A DNA stretch of 64,000 nucleotides, filler included, from Rhizaria sp. SCN 62-66 (GCA_001724265.1; 3 parts of 3 records of this genome joined end to end with filler, not necessarily neighbours in it), one strand, 5' to 3'; shown: positions 11,991 through 23,394, counted from the first letter of the whole stretch. Notes: generated by a model not told the origin, from the letters alone. Made by a program: numbers and translations.

Positions 11991-12848
11991 TTAGAGCTTG
12001 GCAGCCTTGGTGAGGTTGGCCTCGGCGAACTCCCAGTTAGCGAGCTTGTCGAGGAAGGCGTCGACGAAGTCGGGGCGGCGGTTCTGGTAGTCGAGGTAGT
12101 AGGCGTGCTCCCAAACGTCGATGGTGAGGATGGGCTTGAGGCCGTGCGCGACGGGGGTGTCAGCGTCGTGGGTGCCGACGACCTTGAGCTTGTTATCGGC
12201 GTCGAGCACGAGCCAAGCCCAGCCGGAGCCGAAGTGGGTGGCGGCGGCGGTCTTGAACTCCTCGCGGAACTTGTCGAAGGAGCCGAAGTCGGCGTCGATC
12301 TTGGCCGCGATGGCAGAGCCGGCGGGGGCCTTGCCGCCCGCGTTGGGCGCCATCGACTCCCAGAAGAACGAGTGGTTGAAGTGCTGAGCGGCGTTGTTGA
12401 AGACGGGCTTGTTGCCGGTGGCGGCGGCCTTGAGGATCACCTCCTCGAGGGTGGCCTTCTCGAGCTCGGTGCCAGCGACGAACTTGTTGAGGTTGGTCAC
12501 GTAGGTGTTGTGGTGCTTGCCTGTATAATGGTTAGCAAAGTGAACAAAATGATTTTTTAGTGGTTAGAAGAGACTTTGAAGGGGATCAGAGCGTTGAGAG
12601 GAGCGACGTCCCATCAAACGGATCGGAGATTTGGGTGACGAGGGATGCATCTTTGTGCGAAACGCAATCAAAAAGAACACATCACGCAGCAATTCGAGTA
12701 GTGGTGGAAACAGAAAATGCTGATCTAACATGTAATGAAGAAGAAATCTTAGTTGGAACGTACCATGGTGGAAGGAGAAGGTGTTGGCGGAGACGTGAGG
12801 CTCGAGGGCATCAGCGGCGTAGGGGAGGGCGGGAAGGGTGAACGACAT
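11991..12848 (-). CDS. Fe/Mn-family superoxide dismutase, Fe-type signature; 2 exons (12848-12764, 12520-11991), ~204 aa
   Basis: Motifs LPALPYAADALEP, HHGKHH (spanning a GTACGT...CAG intron), FNNAAQHFNHSFFW, FGSGWAWL and DVWEHAYYLDYQNRRP. Stop is TAA. Confidence 0.96.
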
Positions 12849-13465
12849 GGTCGAAAAGAAACGGGAAACGCTGCGGGGAGCTAAAGATCCGAATATGCAA
12901 TCACAAAAGCAATCATGTGAGCAAAGAAACACTTCGAAGCATGGCTGATATGGCGAGATAACTGAGATGATCCGAGATCGTCAGACAGAGAGTCTCGAAC
13001 GAGTCAGCCTCAATCTATCGGACAACAGAGAATAAAGAGCCAAGAGCATGGCAAAACAAAATGCAAAAAAGAGAGTAAAGTCAAGTGACCAAGTGGTGGC
13101 CCGATAGCGACGTACCAATGCTTGCGCGGATCAGGGAAAGCATGGTGAGGGCTTTGTTGATGTGGCGGTCCACCATGCTCCAAGGACGAGCAAGGTCGCG
13201 ACTGTACCATACGAAAATGAATTTATTTTATCGGCCCCTGTTGAAGCCACCACACAGCGAAAGCAGAGTGTCTTGCGGCTGATTCGACACTGCATAACTC
13301 CACGCACCATCCGTCAGTGCAGTTAAGCGCAAATGCTCATGGTATTCAACTAAAAATATTTCTATTTCTTTTTTAACAACGCTTAGAAAGTGCAGCAACC
13401 CTCCGGACGAGAAGCACTGCTAAGCTCCGACGAGAGCCGCCGTTTCGTGCTGCACTGAAGGAGGG

Positions 13466-16400
13466 ATGAACTACATTTCCTACGGCGCGGCTGGCGAGGC
13501 ACAGGAAGTGTACTACTCGCCCGAGCAGGTGCGCCATGCCACGCAGTCGCTTGCGCACCGCCTCGATGCCCTGCAGCGCACCACGGCCGGCTTCTCCAGC
13601 AACTCCGCCTCTGGCGGGCACAGTGGTGTGTTGGATCTGCTTCCCGCCTCCTCAGGAATCGACTTCACGCTCGCAGCGCGCCACCGCATCATCCAACCCA
13701 TCGCATCGGCCTTGCCTACCCACTACCAGTCCCACGGCACTCTTGCAGGCGCCGACGCAGCTGGTGTGGAGCTCGCGAGCGGCGGGGCGCCCGACGCGAC
13801 GGCGTACGCGTTCTCTGACCCTTTTTCGAGCATCTCGCGGCCGCTGCTACTGGGCTCGCCCGCCGAGCGCCGCCGCCTCGACGGACGCGTCAACGCGCGC
13901 CTCGCCGCCGCAGCCGCAGCCGCGCACGCCCATAGCCACAGTCACATTCACCTTCGCAGCCACAGCAATACCCCATCCGCCCCTCCGACCGTTCCCTCCA
14001 CGCCCGCGACTGCGGCTGCAGCCGCGGCTGCTGCTGAAGACGACGGGACTGAGGCCGCGGTGGCGAGGGCCCGGGGGGCGCTGGCGCGCGCGCGGGCGCG
14101 CACGGAGGCGACCGCCGCCGCCGTGGCCGCTGCAACGACTGTCAATGCCAGTGCGTCCAGTGCGCGCCACAGCGGCGTCAAGAAGGGGAGGCGTGCCAGT
14201 GTGACCGTTGCACCTGCGACAGCACCCACATCAGCATCAGCGTTAGCGTTGGCATCTGCCCCCGGCCACAGCCGTGGACACAGACAGCACGCATGCAGTC
14301 GCAGTCCCACATCCGCCGCCGCTGCCCACAAGAACACCACTGCCACTGCCACTGCTACCGTCCCTGCCAGTGCATCTGCGGCCCAAGCCACGGCGGCCCA
14401 CGCGGCTGCCTCTGGCGGCCTGTCTGCGGCCCACGGCTACCTGCTGTCGAACAGCCGGCGCGCGTTCGGCCAGCCCTACGCCGCGCCCCTGCTCCACGAC
14501 GCCGCGCCCCTGCTCCACGTCAATACCCCCGCCAGCGCCAGCGCCAATGCCTCTGCCCACCCCAGCGCCCGCGGCAACGCGAGCCTTGCACACATCGCGG
14601 GCACTGCGCACGTGGCCGCTCTGGCTGCAGGCGCGAGCGCTGCCGCGCCTGCGGCTGCAACGGTGACCGTGGCCGTGACCGAGGCAGGCGGCTTCTCGGT
14701 GCGGCACGTGCTGGTGCCCACGGTCACCATCGCGCCCAAGCAGCCCGCCGCCGCCAGAGCCTCTGCAGCGAAGCGCGCCACAGCGGTCAGCGACATCGTG
14801 ACGCCGCTCACGGCCACTGCTGCCGCTGCGGGGTCAGGGCTTACGGCCACCAACGGCGGGAGTCAGCTCGCGACTGGCACTGCGACTGGGACTGCCACTG
14901 GCACAGGGGCGACTGCAGCTGCGCCGACCCGAGCCGCAGCTCTCGCGAACGCGACCGCGGCAACGGCGCAGCAGTCAGGTGCAAGATACATCGGCGACGC
15001 TAGCGGTGTTGACGGCGGCGTCTCGGGCGTGGCTGGCGTCGAGTACTCTGCGACCTCGACCTCGACCGCGACGGGACCTCTTTGGTCGCATCCACCGAAG
15101 CCGTCGCGCGCAGCCGCGTACCTCAACGCCCGCGCCGCCGCCGCGCGCGCCGCCGCCACGGCCAGTCTCGCTGCCGCGGCTGTGACGCCCGCGGCCGTGA
15201 CGGCCAGCTCTGTCGGCACCGGTCCCCCCGCCGCCGAGACCGAGGGCAGCGCTGGCGGCGGCGCTGGCGACAACACCGGCGGCGACAGCAGCAGCGGCGG
15301 CGGGGATCACTGCTAGCTCTGTCGCGGGAACCACGTCCGCGGGCTAGACTGTCAGTGCACGTGCCACCGCAGGCACGCGCACGGTCACGCCCACGGTCAC
15401 GGTGGCCACGGTGGTTACAGCGGTCACGGTGGCCACAGGGGCGCGTTGAGTCTGCGTCAGCCGGCGGGCGGGAGCGACCACGCGCTCGCCGAGGCGCGCG
15501 CGCTGCAATCGCACATCGCCTCTCTGGTTGCCGCGCCGCTGCCTGCGGCACCAGCGCACGCGACGACCGACACTGGCGCTGGCTCTGCTGGTACAAGTTT
15601 TGGGTCACCTGCTGCTCACGGCCACGGCCACGGCTCCGGTCACGGTCCTAACAAGCTCTTAGCACACGCGCGCCCACGGCCGCAGTCGCGGTCTCGGTCG
15701 CCGTCCCGGTCGCCACGGTGCGTGCGGTTTGCCGTCTCTGCCCGCGGTCACACCACTGCACCGACCGACACGACTGCTGTTGCTCGCGGTCACGGCCACG
15801 GTCACCCCGGTGACGCCCTAGCTGAGGGCCCGTCCGCGCACGACGACCCAGTCGCCAGCTACTACAACGACGAGTATGCGGCGCTGTACAGCCGGGCCAA
15901 CGTCTCCGTGGCCGACGCCGCAGCCGCAGCCGCCGCGGCCGCGCGGAGCCACCTGCCCCCGCGCCCCGCGGCCGCTGCCGGCGGTGCACCGGGCGGCAAC
16001 AGCAGTCAGCAGCTGCAGCGGCGGTGGCAGCAGCAGCAACAGCAGCGCGGGGGCCCGTTGTCCGCGGCCGTCGCTGCGCAGCGCGGGCGCTAGGTCGCCG
16101 CCGAGGCCGCGGCGGCGGGCGCGGCGGCCGAGGCGCGCACGGCCGCAACGGTGGCCGCGGCGCGCGCGGCGGCGCCTGGGGCCGCTGTCGCCGCAGCGAC
16201 AGCCGCGACTGCAGCCGCGACCGCAGCCGCGACTGCAGACACTGCGGTCACTAACAGCACGCGCGATCGCAGCTCTGCTGATAACGTGGGCACTGCTGGT
16301 GCTGCTGCTGTTAGTCTCCCGTCGCTCCCGTTGCCACTGCAGTCACCGCACCGCCAGCAACAGCAGCAGCAACAACAACTGCAACAACAACAACAGCAAG

Positions 16401-17029
16401 AGCAGCACAAGCTGATGCAGTTGCAGCACGGCATGTGTCTGTCGCCGCGCGAACTTCTGAGGGTGTACCGGCGCCAACAGGGCTACAACAGCTGCAATGG
16501 TAGCAGTAACGAGACTGCAGTGTCAAGCTTGCACGCGTTATCCCCGTCGCGCTCCCAGTTAAAGCTGCTGGCTCACTCGCTGTCGCAGCCTCGTTTGCTG
16601 CATTCACAGTCTCAGTCGTTGTTGCAGTCGCACCGGCTGCCGCCTCAGCACACGCTGTCTCCACTTAAAGGCGCGCAGCGGACACACGCGCAGCCGGGGC
16701 CGCTGCCGGCGTCGCTGCCGTCTCTGCAGCCCGGTACAGCGGCTGCTCACGGTCACTCTCCACACATTGGTCACGGTCATGGTGATGCATCGGCGTCGCT
16801 GCGGCCGCTGGACTCGCGCGCGATGGCTGGACTGGCCTTCCCACCGCGTGCCAATGTTGGTGTTGGCGGTACGTTGAGCGCACGGGGCAGCAATGACTCA
16901 TCTGTGGTCACGTCAGGCTCTGCGGCCCAGGGGAGTGAGACCGATAGGACGGTGCCCGGGGGGCAAAGGGGGGACTTGACGCTTGCGCAGGTTCTTTCCG
17001 CGATGAATCTGAATCGGGTCAAGCGGTAA
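13466..17029 (+). CDS. Low-complexity Ala/His/Gln-rich protein, ~1187 aa, with 2 in-frame TAG codons (15314, 16091)
   Basis: Track ORFs 13466-15316, 15446-16093 and 16151-17029 share one frame. The intervening codons contain no TAA or TGA, and composition is continuous across both TAGs. Stop is TAA. Confidence 0.7.
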
Positions 17030-17397
17030 ATCTACTTAGTTTTTCACAATACACTAATTTTAAGTCAGAAAACAACTTTCACTCCATTTTGGGCGACTTG
17101 ATGATTGCTTGTGGCTAAGGTCGACTCCTCGTTCGGGGTGTGGGGCAAAACAAAAACATTGATATCTCAATCCACGCAACGTGAACGTCGACGCTTGTTG
17201 GGTATTTGATTATTTAAACGTATTTGAAACGGTGTATTTTATTTGACCATTCTGCCAGCGCCGTGCATCGCGCACTGCATCCTCTCCTAGAAGCATGATT
17301 GACCGGTTGAATATCCTCTCCACGTATCTCTCTTTTCCCAGCCGTCCGTTCGTCTCCCTCCTCTCTTCTGCGCACGCGTCTTGGCTATTGACCCGCA

Positions 17398-20300
17398 ATG
17401 TCTTTTTCCGGCGGCGCCCCGCTTGCGGCCGGCCTGGCCGACGCTGCTGGCAACCCGCTGGTGCAGATGATGAAGCAGAACGCAATCATGATGTACCAGT
17501 TCACGCTCCAGTCGCGCCCGCACGCGCCGCACGAGGTCGCGCAGCTCCAGCAGGGGCTCCAGCTGCAGCTCGCGCAGATTGAGGCCATGGCCCTTGCCAC
17601 CGCGCAGCAGCAGCAACAGCAGCAACAGCAGCCGGTTGCGGCAACAGCTGCAGTGACTATGGTGGGTGCAGGCCACCACGCTGTAGCTCCTGTTGCACAC
17701 GTGGCGCCTGCTGCGGCGGCCGCTATTGACCCGTTTGCGTCCATCTTCACCGCCAGCACTCCTTCTGCTGCGCCTGCCGCTGCCGCTGCCGCTGCGCCGG
17801 CGACTGTTGCTGCTGCGCCTGTTGCTGCAACTCAGCATTCTCACGCGGCTCATGGCCACGGCCACAGCAGGCACAACAATGCCGCTGCGTCTGCGGGTGA
17901 CGATGACGATTTCGGCGACTTTGCTGCCGCCAACGACCACCATCACACTTCTAATGTCACCGCTGCCCACGGTCACTCCTCCCACTCTCAAGGTCTCAAC
18001 GGTCACGGTCACGGCCACGGCCACGGTCACGGTCACGGCCCCAGCCACGGCCACAGCGCCGCGCCTGCGACCCATGGTAGCACCAACAGCAACACCCACG
18101 GGCACAGCGTCGACGACGACGACTTCGGCGACTTCGGTTCTGCCGACGCCGCCGAGTCCGCGGCCGACTCTGCGAATCACAGCGGCAACGGCAGCGGCAG
18201 CGGGAACGCAAAGGCCTCTGCTGCTGAGTACGTCGACCCGTTCGCCGACATGCTGCCCCCGTCCCCCGACCTGGCCCCCGCCTCGGTCCATAGTAGCGTC
18301 CCCGCCGCGGGCGCCGTCGCCATGGCGGCCGCCGCGGTTGTCGGCGACGACGACGATGACGACGACGACGGCATCAACGGCAACGCTGGGACTGGCAACG
18401 GGAGCCGCGTGGCGGCCGTCACCTCGCAGGCGCAGTCGCGCACGCCGAGCGGGCTGCCGAACGCCAGCCGCACGGCCAGCTCGCTGCGGCGACCCGGCGC
18501 GTTCGACTACGGCGACGACGCCGTGGCCGACGCGGGCATCGACCTCAGCCTCGGGCTCACGGGGCTCGTTGAGCAGCAGCAGCAGGCCCGCGCCAAGGCC
18601 GAGGCCGCCGCGCGCGCGCAGGCGGAGGCCGCGGCGCTTGCCGTTGCGCTCGCGCAGCAGCAGGCGCAGCAACAGGCGCTCGCGTTAGCGCAGGCCCAGG
18701 CGCAGCAGCAGGCAGAGGCTCTGGCCCAGGCGCACGCTAAGGCTCAGGCCGAGGCAGCTGCCGCCGCCACTGTCGCCGCCGCCGTAGGTCAGAGCCACGA
18801 GGACGATTGGGGCGCTGCGGACGAGGACTTTGCCGCAGCGGACGCGGACTTTGCCGCAGCGGACGTGGACTTTGCCAGCGCCGACGCTACTGCGGCTGCT
18901 GCGGTCGCGCCTGCACCTGCCCACGGTCACTCTGCCCACGGTCACTCTGCTCATGACGACGACGACGGCTCTTTCGGCGACTTCGGCTCCGCTGACGCCG
19001 ACACTGGTGCGCCTGCGCCAGCGCCCGCGACCGCTACCGCGACCAGCGCGAGCCACGCTGTCCCCGCTGCCGCTGCGCCTGCGGTGACTGGTGGGGCTGC
19101 TGCCCCGCCTGCATCTGTGCCGGCGGCGGCCGCGGCGACTGCGGCAAGCGGCGACGGTGACAGCGACTTTGAGGGCGACTTCGAGGCCGCGCAGTCCCAC
19201 CCTGACACCGCTGCCCCTGCCGCTGCCACTGCGGCTGCTGCTGAGGCGGAGGCCAATGCCAAGGCTGCCGCCGAGGCCAAGGCCGCTGAGGAAGCCAAGG
19301 CCGCCGCGGCAGCCGCTGCGGCCGCGCTAGACCCCTTTGCCGACCTCTTCAGCGGCGTCGGCGGCGGCGGCGGCGGCGACAGAGACGGCCACGGCCACGG
19401 CGACGACGGCCTCTCGCTCGGTCTCGACAGCCACCACCACGCCCCCGCTGCTGCTGACGGTCACGGCCACGGTCCCTTGCGCATCGCCGGCGCAGTGTCC
19501 ATCCCCCACGACGCCGAGACCGAGGCTGAGAGCGCAGCTGCCGCGGTGCGAATGGCCGTCGCGTCCCCGGTGGGCGCCGAGACCCCTGCCGACGCCGCCG
19601 CGGCGGCCGACCTGGCGGCCCCCCTGTCCCTGGCCCTCGCGCGCTCGCGCTCCACCGCCGCCGCCGCCGCTGCAGTGGGAGCCAGCGCGCCGCTGCTGCC
19701 GCCGCCCTTCTCGCTGGCGCTGCCCGCCGCGCCCGCGCCCGCGTCGGTGGCCGCGGCGGCCCCGCTCGCCGCCGCCGCGACGGCGCCTCTCGCCGCCGCG
19801 CTGCGCCGCGCGCTCGTCGCGGGCATCGCGGGCGCGCCGTCCGCGGGACCCGCGCTCGCAGCCGCCTTCGCCGCGGGTTACAAGGCCAACGCTGGGGCTG
19901 CTGACGAGTCTGCGTTTGCCGGCGTCGCCGACGCCGCCAGCCGCTCTGCGCTCGCCCGCCTCGCGGTCCCAGTCGCCGTCGCCGCCGCCGCTGTCACCCC
20001 GGGCGCCGCCGCCGCCCCCGTGGCCGCCGCCGCAGCGGCTGCGCTGCCCGCGCTTGCCGCCGCAGCGCTCGCCGCCGCCGAGCCCTGGAGCGCACTCGCG
20101 CTCGGTGCTTTAGACGCTGCGCTGGCGGCGGCGCGCGCTGACTCACACCCCGTACACGGCGCTCACGGCGCGCCCGGCGAGGATGAGGCTGCCGCTGCGC
20201 CCGAGGCCACCGCGCCCGTGGTCGCCGCCGCCGTTGCCGCCGCGCTGCCCGCGCCCGCGGCCCTGCTCGCAGCCTCGCGCGGCGCCGCGGCCGCTGCCGC

Positions 20301-21039
20301 GCTCGCTGTGCGCGCCGCCGCCGTCGCCGCTGCGACCGGCGCGGCCCTCGGCCCGCTCGCGGCTGACGTCGACGACGCCGTCGCGGCGTGGGCCCGCGGC
20401 GCGGCTGCCGTGCTGCTCGCGGCCGCCGCGGCGTCCCCCGCGCTCGCGGCGGCTGCGGAGGCCACGGGCGCTGTCGGTGCAGCCGCCGAGGACGCCGCCG
20501 CGGCCGTGCCGGCGGTGGCCGCTCTGCTGACGCTGCTGTTCAATACCCACGAAAACGGCGATGACGCCCCCGCTGCCGCTGCTGTTGCTGCTCACGGTCA
20601 CTCGCACGCCCCCGGCCACCTGGACCGCGCCAGCGCCGCTGCGGCCGCGAGGCAGGCGGTGTTGGCCGCCGCGGCCGAGAGCACCGCGGACTTACTGGCG
20701 CGCGCGGGCGGCGCGGCCGAGGCGGCCACGGCGGCGCTCGCGCCCGCGGCCGCCGCGCTCATTGCAGCGGCCCAGGACGCCGTTGTGCGCGCCGTGTTCG
20801 CGGTCACTGATGCGGACGGTAGCAGTAGCAAGAGCAACAGCGCCGGGGACGGGCCCGTGGCGGAGCGCGCGCTGAGGGCGCTGGGCGTCAGCACCGCGAG
20901 CGCGAGCAGCGCTACGGGCGCTGGCGCGGTGGCCGTGTGCTGGGAGACCGGCACTGTGAGCACAGCCGCGGACAGCAGTAGCAGCAGTGATGCGAAGCGT
21001 GTGGTGCGAGCGGCGCGCGGGCTGCTGGGCAAGAATTGA
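17398..21039 (+). CDS. Low-complexity protein with repeated DDDFGDF/DPF motifs; aftiphilin/gamma-synergin-like clathrin-adaptor accessory candidate, 1213 aa
   Basis: Contains DDDFGDF x2, GSFGDF, DFEGDF, DDWGAADEDF and DPFA x3 in an otherwise Ala-rich ORF. Stop is TGA. Confidence 0.65.
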   Translation: MSFSGGAPLAAGLADAAGNPLVQMMKQNAIMMYQFTLQSRPHAPHEVAQLQQGLQLQLAQIEAMALATAQQQQQQQQQPVAATAAVTMVGAGHHAVAPVAHVAPAAAAAIDPFASIFTASTPSAAPAAAAAAAPATVAAAPVAATQHSHAAHGHGHSRHNNAAASAGDDDDFGDFAAANDHHHTSNVTAAHGHSSHSQGLNGHGHGHGHGHGHGPSHGHSAAPATHGSTNSNTHGHSVDDDDFGDFGSADAAESAADSANHSGNGSGSGNAKASAAEYVDPFADMLPPSPDLAPASVHSSVPAAGAVAMAAAAVVGDDDDDDDDGINGNAGTGNGSRVAAVTSQAQSRTPSGLPNASRTASSLRRPGAFDYGDDAVADAGIDLSLGLTGLVEQQQQARAKAEAAARAQAEAAALAVALAQQQAQQQALALAQAQAQQQAEALAQAHAKAQAEAAAAATVAAAVGQSHEDDWGAADEDFAAADADFAAADVDFASADATAAAAVAPAPAHGHSAHGHSAHDDDDGSFGDFGSADADTGAPAPAPATATATSASHAVPAAAAPAVTGGAAAPPASVPAAAAATAASGDGDSDFEGDFEAAQSHPDTAAPAAATAAAAEAEANAKAAAEAKAAEEAKAAAAAAAAALDPFADLFSGVGGGGGGDRDGHGHGDDGLSLGLDSHHHAPAAADGHGHGPLRIAGAVSIPHDAETEAESAAAAVRMAVASPVGAETPADAAAAADLAAPLSLALARSRSTAAAAAAVGASAPLLPPPFSLALPAAPAPASVAAAAPLAAAATAPLAAALRRALVAGIAGAPSAGPALAAAFAAGYKANAGAADESAFAGVADAASRSALARLAVPVAVAAAAVTPGAAAAPVAAAAAAALPALAAAALAAAEPWSALALGALDAALAAARADSHPVHGAHGAPGEDEAAAAPEATAPVVAAAVAAALPAPAALLAASRGAAAAAALAVRAAAVAAATGAALGPLAADVDDAVAAWARGAAAVLLAAAAASPALAAAAEATGAVGAAAEDAAAAVPAVAALLTLLFNTHENGDDAPAAAAVAAHGHSHAPGHLDRASAAAAARQAVLAAAAESTADLLARAGGAAEAATAALAPAAAALIAAAQDAVVRAVFAVTDADGSSSKSNSAGDGPVAERALRALGVSTASASSATGAGAVAVCWETGTVSTAADSSSSSDAKRVVRAARGLLGKN

Positions 21040-21505
21040 AGGGCCACTGGCTTAGTTGCTGGTCTTTGTGAAGATATAACCGCGTTTTCTGAATATTATA
21101 AAACGATCTAATAATAAATATATTGCTTATTTACTTATAGTTAGTCAAGAACTCCGGGATTCAAGTGATGTTTGTTCCGCGAGAACGATCAATCTTGAGT
21201 TTTTCGGTCCTGGACGCACAGCAACGATCGTGCTATGAGAAGCGAACAGAAGAGGTGCGACATTTCGAGGCAACTTTGGAATTAAACTACGCACTCCTCT
21301 GCGCGTGTCTAGTGCTTCTCGTGAATGTATACGAAGTTCAATCTCTTGAAATATTCAAATACGTTATTTTATTATCGCGAAAACATCAAGACTCCCTTTT
21401 TTTGCACTCTGGCGCGACCTCCACTTTGCCATGCGTTGTCTCACCTCTATTCGTCACCTTCTTTCTACCTGTGTGCGTCCCCATAACTGTTTCCAGGAGG
21501 CCTAC

Positions 21506-22145
21506 ATGCTCAAGTCTGTGATGCGTGCGCGCCGTGCTGTGCAGCTCCCTGCTGCCGCGGTCCAGAGTACGTTCTACCCCTTCATTCGCCCCTCCCTAGT
21601 CACCCCCACTTCACCCTCCTAACCCCATGTGCTCACCATCCTTGCTTCCCCCTGCCATGTCCCCGCTCTCCTGGTTCCGCTCCGCAGCCGTCATCGCCCG
21701 CCAAGCGTCCCACGCGTTTGACATCCGCCAGACGCACTTCAACGAGGCAGCGATCACGTTCCACGTGCTCGACGTCAAGTCCAAGGCGCGCTTCACCATC
21801 ACCGACGGCAAGCCCGGAGAGCAGCTCTCCCAGGTCCTCATCCGCAACAAGGTCCCCATGCCCTTCAACTGCGGCGCGCCCAACACGCTTGACGTCCGCC
21901 ACGGCCTCGGTCTCCAGTGCGCCGGCTGCCACGTGCTCGTGCCCGCGCACTATAACGAGAAGCTGCCCGGCCCGGACCGCTTCGAGGTGTTCCAGGCCGC
22001 CAACTTCCTCGACGGCAAGGACTTCGGCACCACGGCCGCCTCGCGCTTCGCGTGCAACATCGAGCTCACCTCCGAGCTCGACGGCGTCGTCTTTGCCGTC
22101 CCCATTGTCGATGAGAACGAGCTCCAGGACCTCCGCGAGCTTTAA
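21506..22145 (+). CDS. Mitochondrial adrenodoxin-fold ferredoxin-like protein; 2 exons (21506-21566, 21688-22145), ~172 aa
   Basis: Presequence-like MLKSVMRARRAVQL and a GTACGT...CAG intron. Cys motifs NCG...QCAGCHV and SRFACNI, plus EKLPGP. Stop is TAA. Confidence 0.85.
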
Positions 22146-22825
22146 GCAGCGCAGCGAACGGCTATGAATGATGGTGGATGGAGAACACGACGCTTGATAG
22201 CACTGCCGCGGCTGCCGTTGCTGTGGCGCGTGCGAGGTGTCTATTTATAGCGCGGGGGCAGCGCTGCCCTGGGGCTGGCTGGCTGACAGTGCGGCGTCGG
22301 CCGTGCGCGGCGCAGCTGCCACACACAAGGCAGTGGAAACCCCCGAAGGCTGTAGCGGGAGCGGCTCTCCACGAGACGAGCCGCGCCCCGTGTGACGCGA
22401 TATGCGGCGCACACTCGTAATTTGTCAATTTATTTTTACTTCAGTTTGAATTTCAAACGGTCTAAAGCCCTTTACCGACTCCTTTGGTTGGAAAGAGCCT
22501 ATTTGAGCCACAAAATACACAACCCAAAACAATATTCACTTGTGCAACGTTCTCAAAAAGACTTTTCGCGAACCAGACCGGGATGCTTTTGGAAAGTCGC
22601 CTCCCAAGTCCTCTCCTTCGAAAAAGTGGAAATGTGGGTCTTGAGCTAGCTGTATCGACTAACTTATTTAATGGCATTACATGATACTTGATAATCTATT
22701 TAGTTCGCTTTTGACAGTGCGATACTAGCGTTTAGAACCCTGTTGTATAGCTTCCGAACCTTCGTCTCGACTCCCCACGACTAACTCCTCTCGTTGGTCT
22801 CTCCCTCCCCGTTCTCTGACAGGTG

Positions 22826-23394
22826 ATGCAACTGCGTTCGACTCTGTTGCTTCTGCTGGCGGCTGCCATCATGGGCAGGTACGTTTCCACTCTTTCTTTG
22901 TCCCGCTACCCCTCCTCTGTCGCCCAGTAATCGCTCCCCCATCCCCAGTCTCTCACCTCGCTCTCGTTGTTCCATACTCACGCCATCTCTTGTTGTACCC
23001 CGATTATCGTTCACGTCACCTCCCTTACAGCCTCGCCATCCAGACCCCCGGCGCGCAGGGCGCGCTCCAGGTGAGCCCCAGCTTCCTGGCGCTGCGCTCC
23101 CGCATCCACGCCCTCGCCGCGGGCCCCGACGGCACCACCACCCCTGTCGTGGACTCCAAGGCCCCTATCGTTGACTCCAAGGCTCCCATCGTTGACTCCA
23201 AGGCCCCCATCGTTGACTCCAAGGCTCCCATCGTTGACTCCAAGGCCCCCATCGTTGACTCCAAGGCTCCCATCGTTGACTCCAAGGCTCCTATCGTTGA
23301 CTCCAAGGCTCCCATCGTTGACTCCAAGGCTCCCATCGTTGACTCCAAGGCTCCCATCGTTGACTCCAAGGCTCCCATCGTTGACTCCAAGGCT
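22826..23394 (+). CDS. Secreted repeat protein, 3'-truncated at contig end; exons 22826-22878 and 23031-23394
   Basis: Signal-peptide-like MQLRSTLLLLLAAAIMGSLA is completed across a GTACGT...CAG intron and continues in frame into (VDSKAPI)n. Confidence 0.75.
23149..23394 (+). repeat. 21-nt coding tandem repeat, about 12 copies, running into the contig end
   Basis: Units of GTTGACTCCAAGGCYCCYATC; variation is confined to third codon positions. Confidence 0.95.

Noticed and set aside
23149-23394. CRISPR-like array
   Set aside because: The units are contiguous with no spacers, and they are in-frame coding repeats in a eukaryotic gene.
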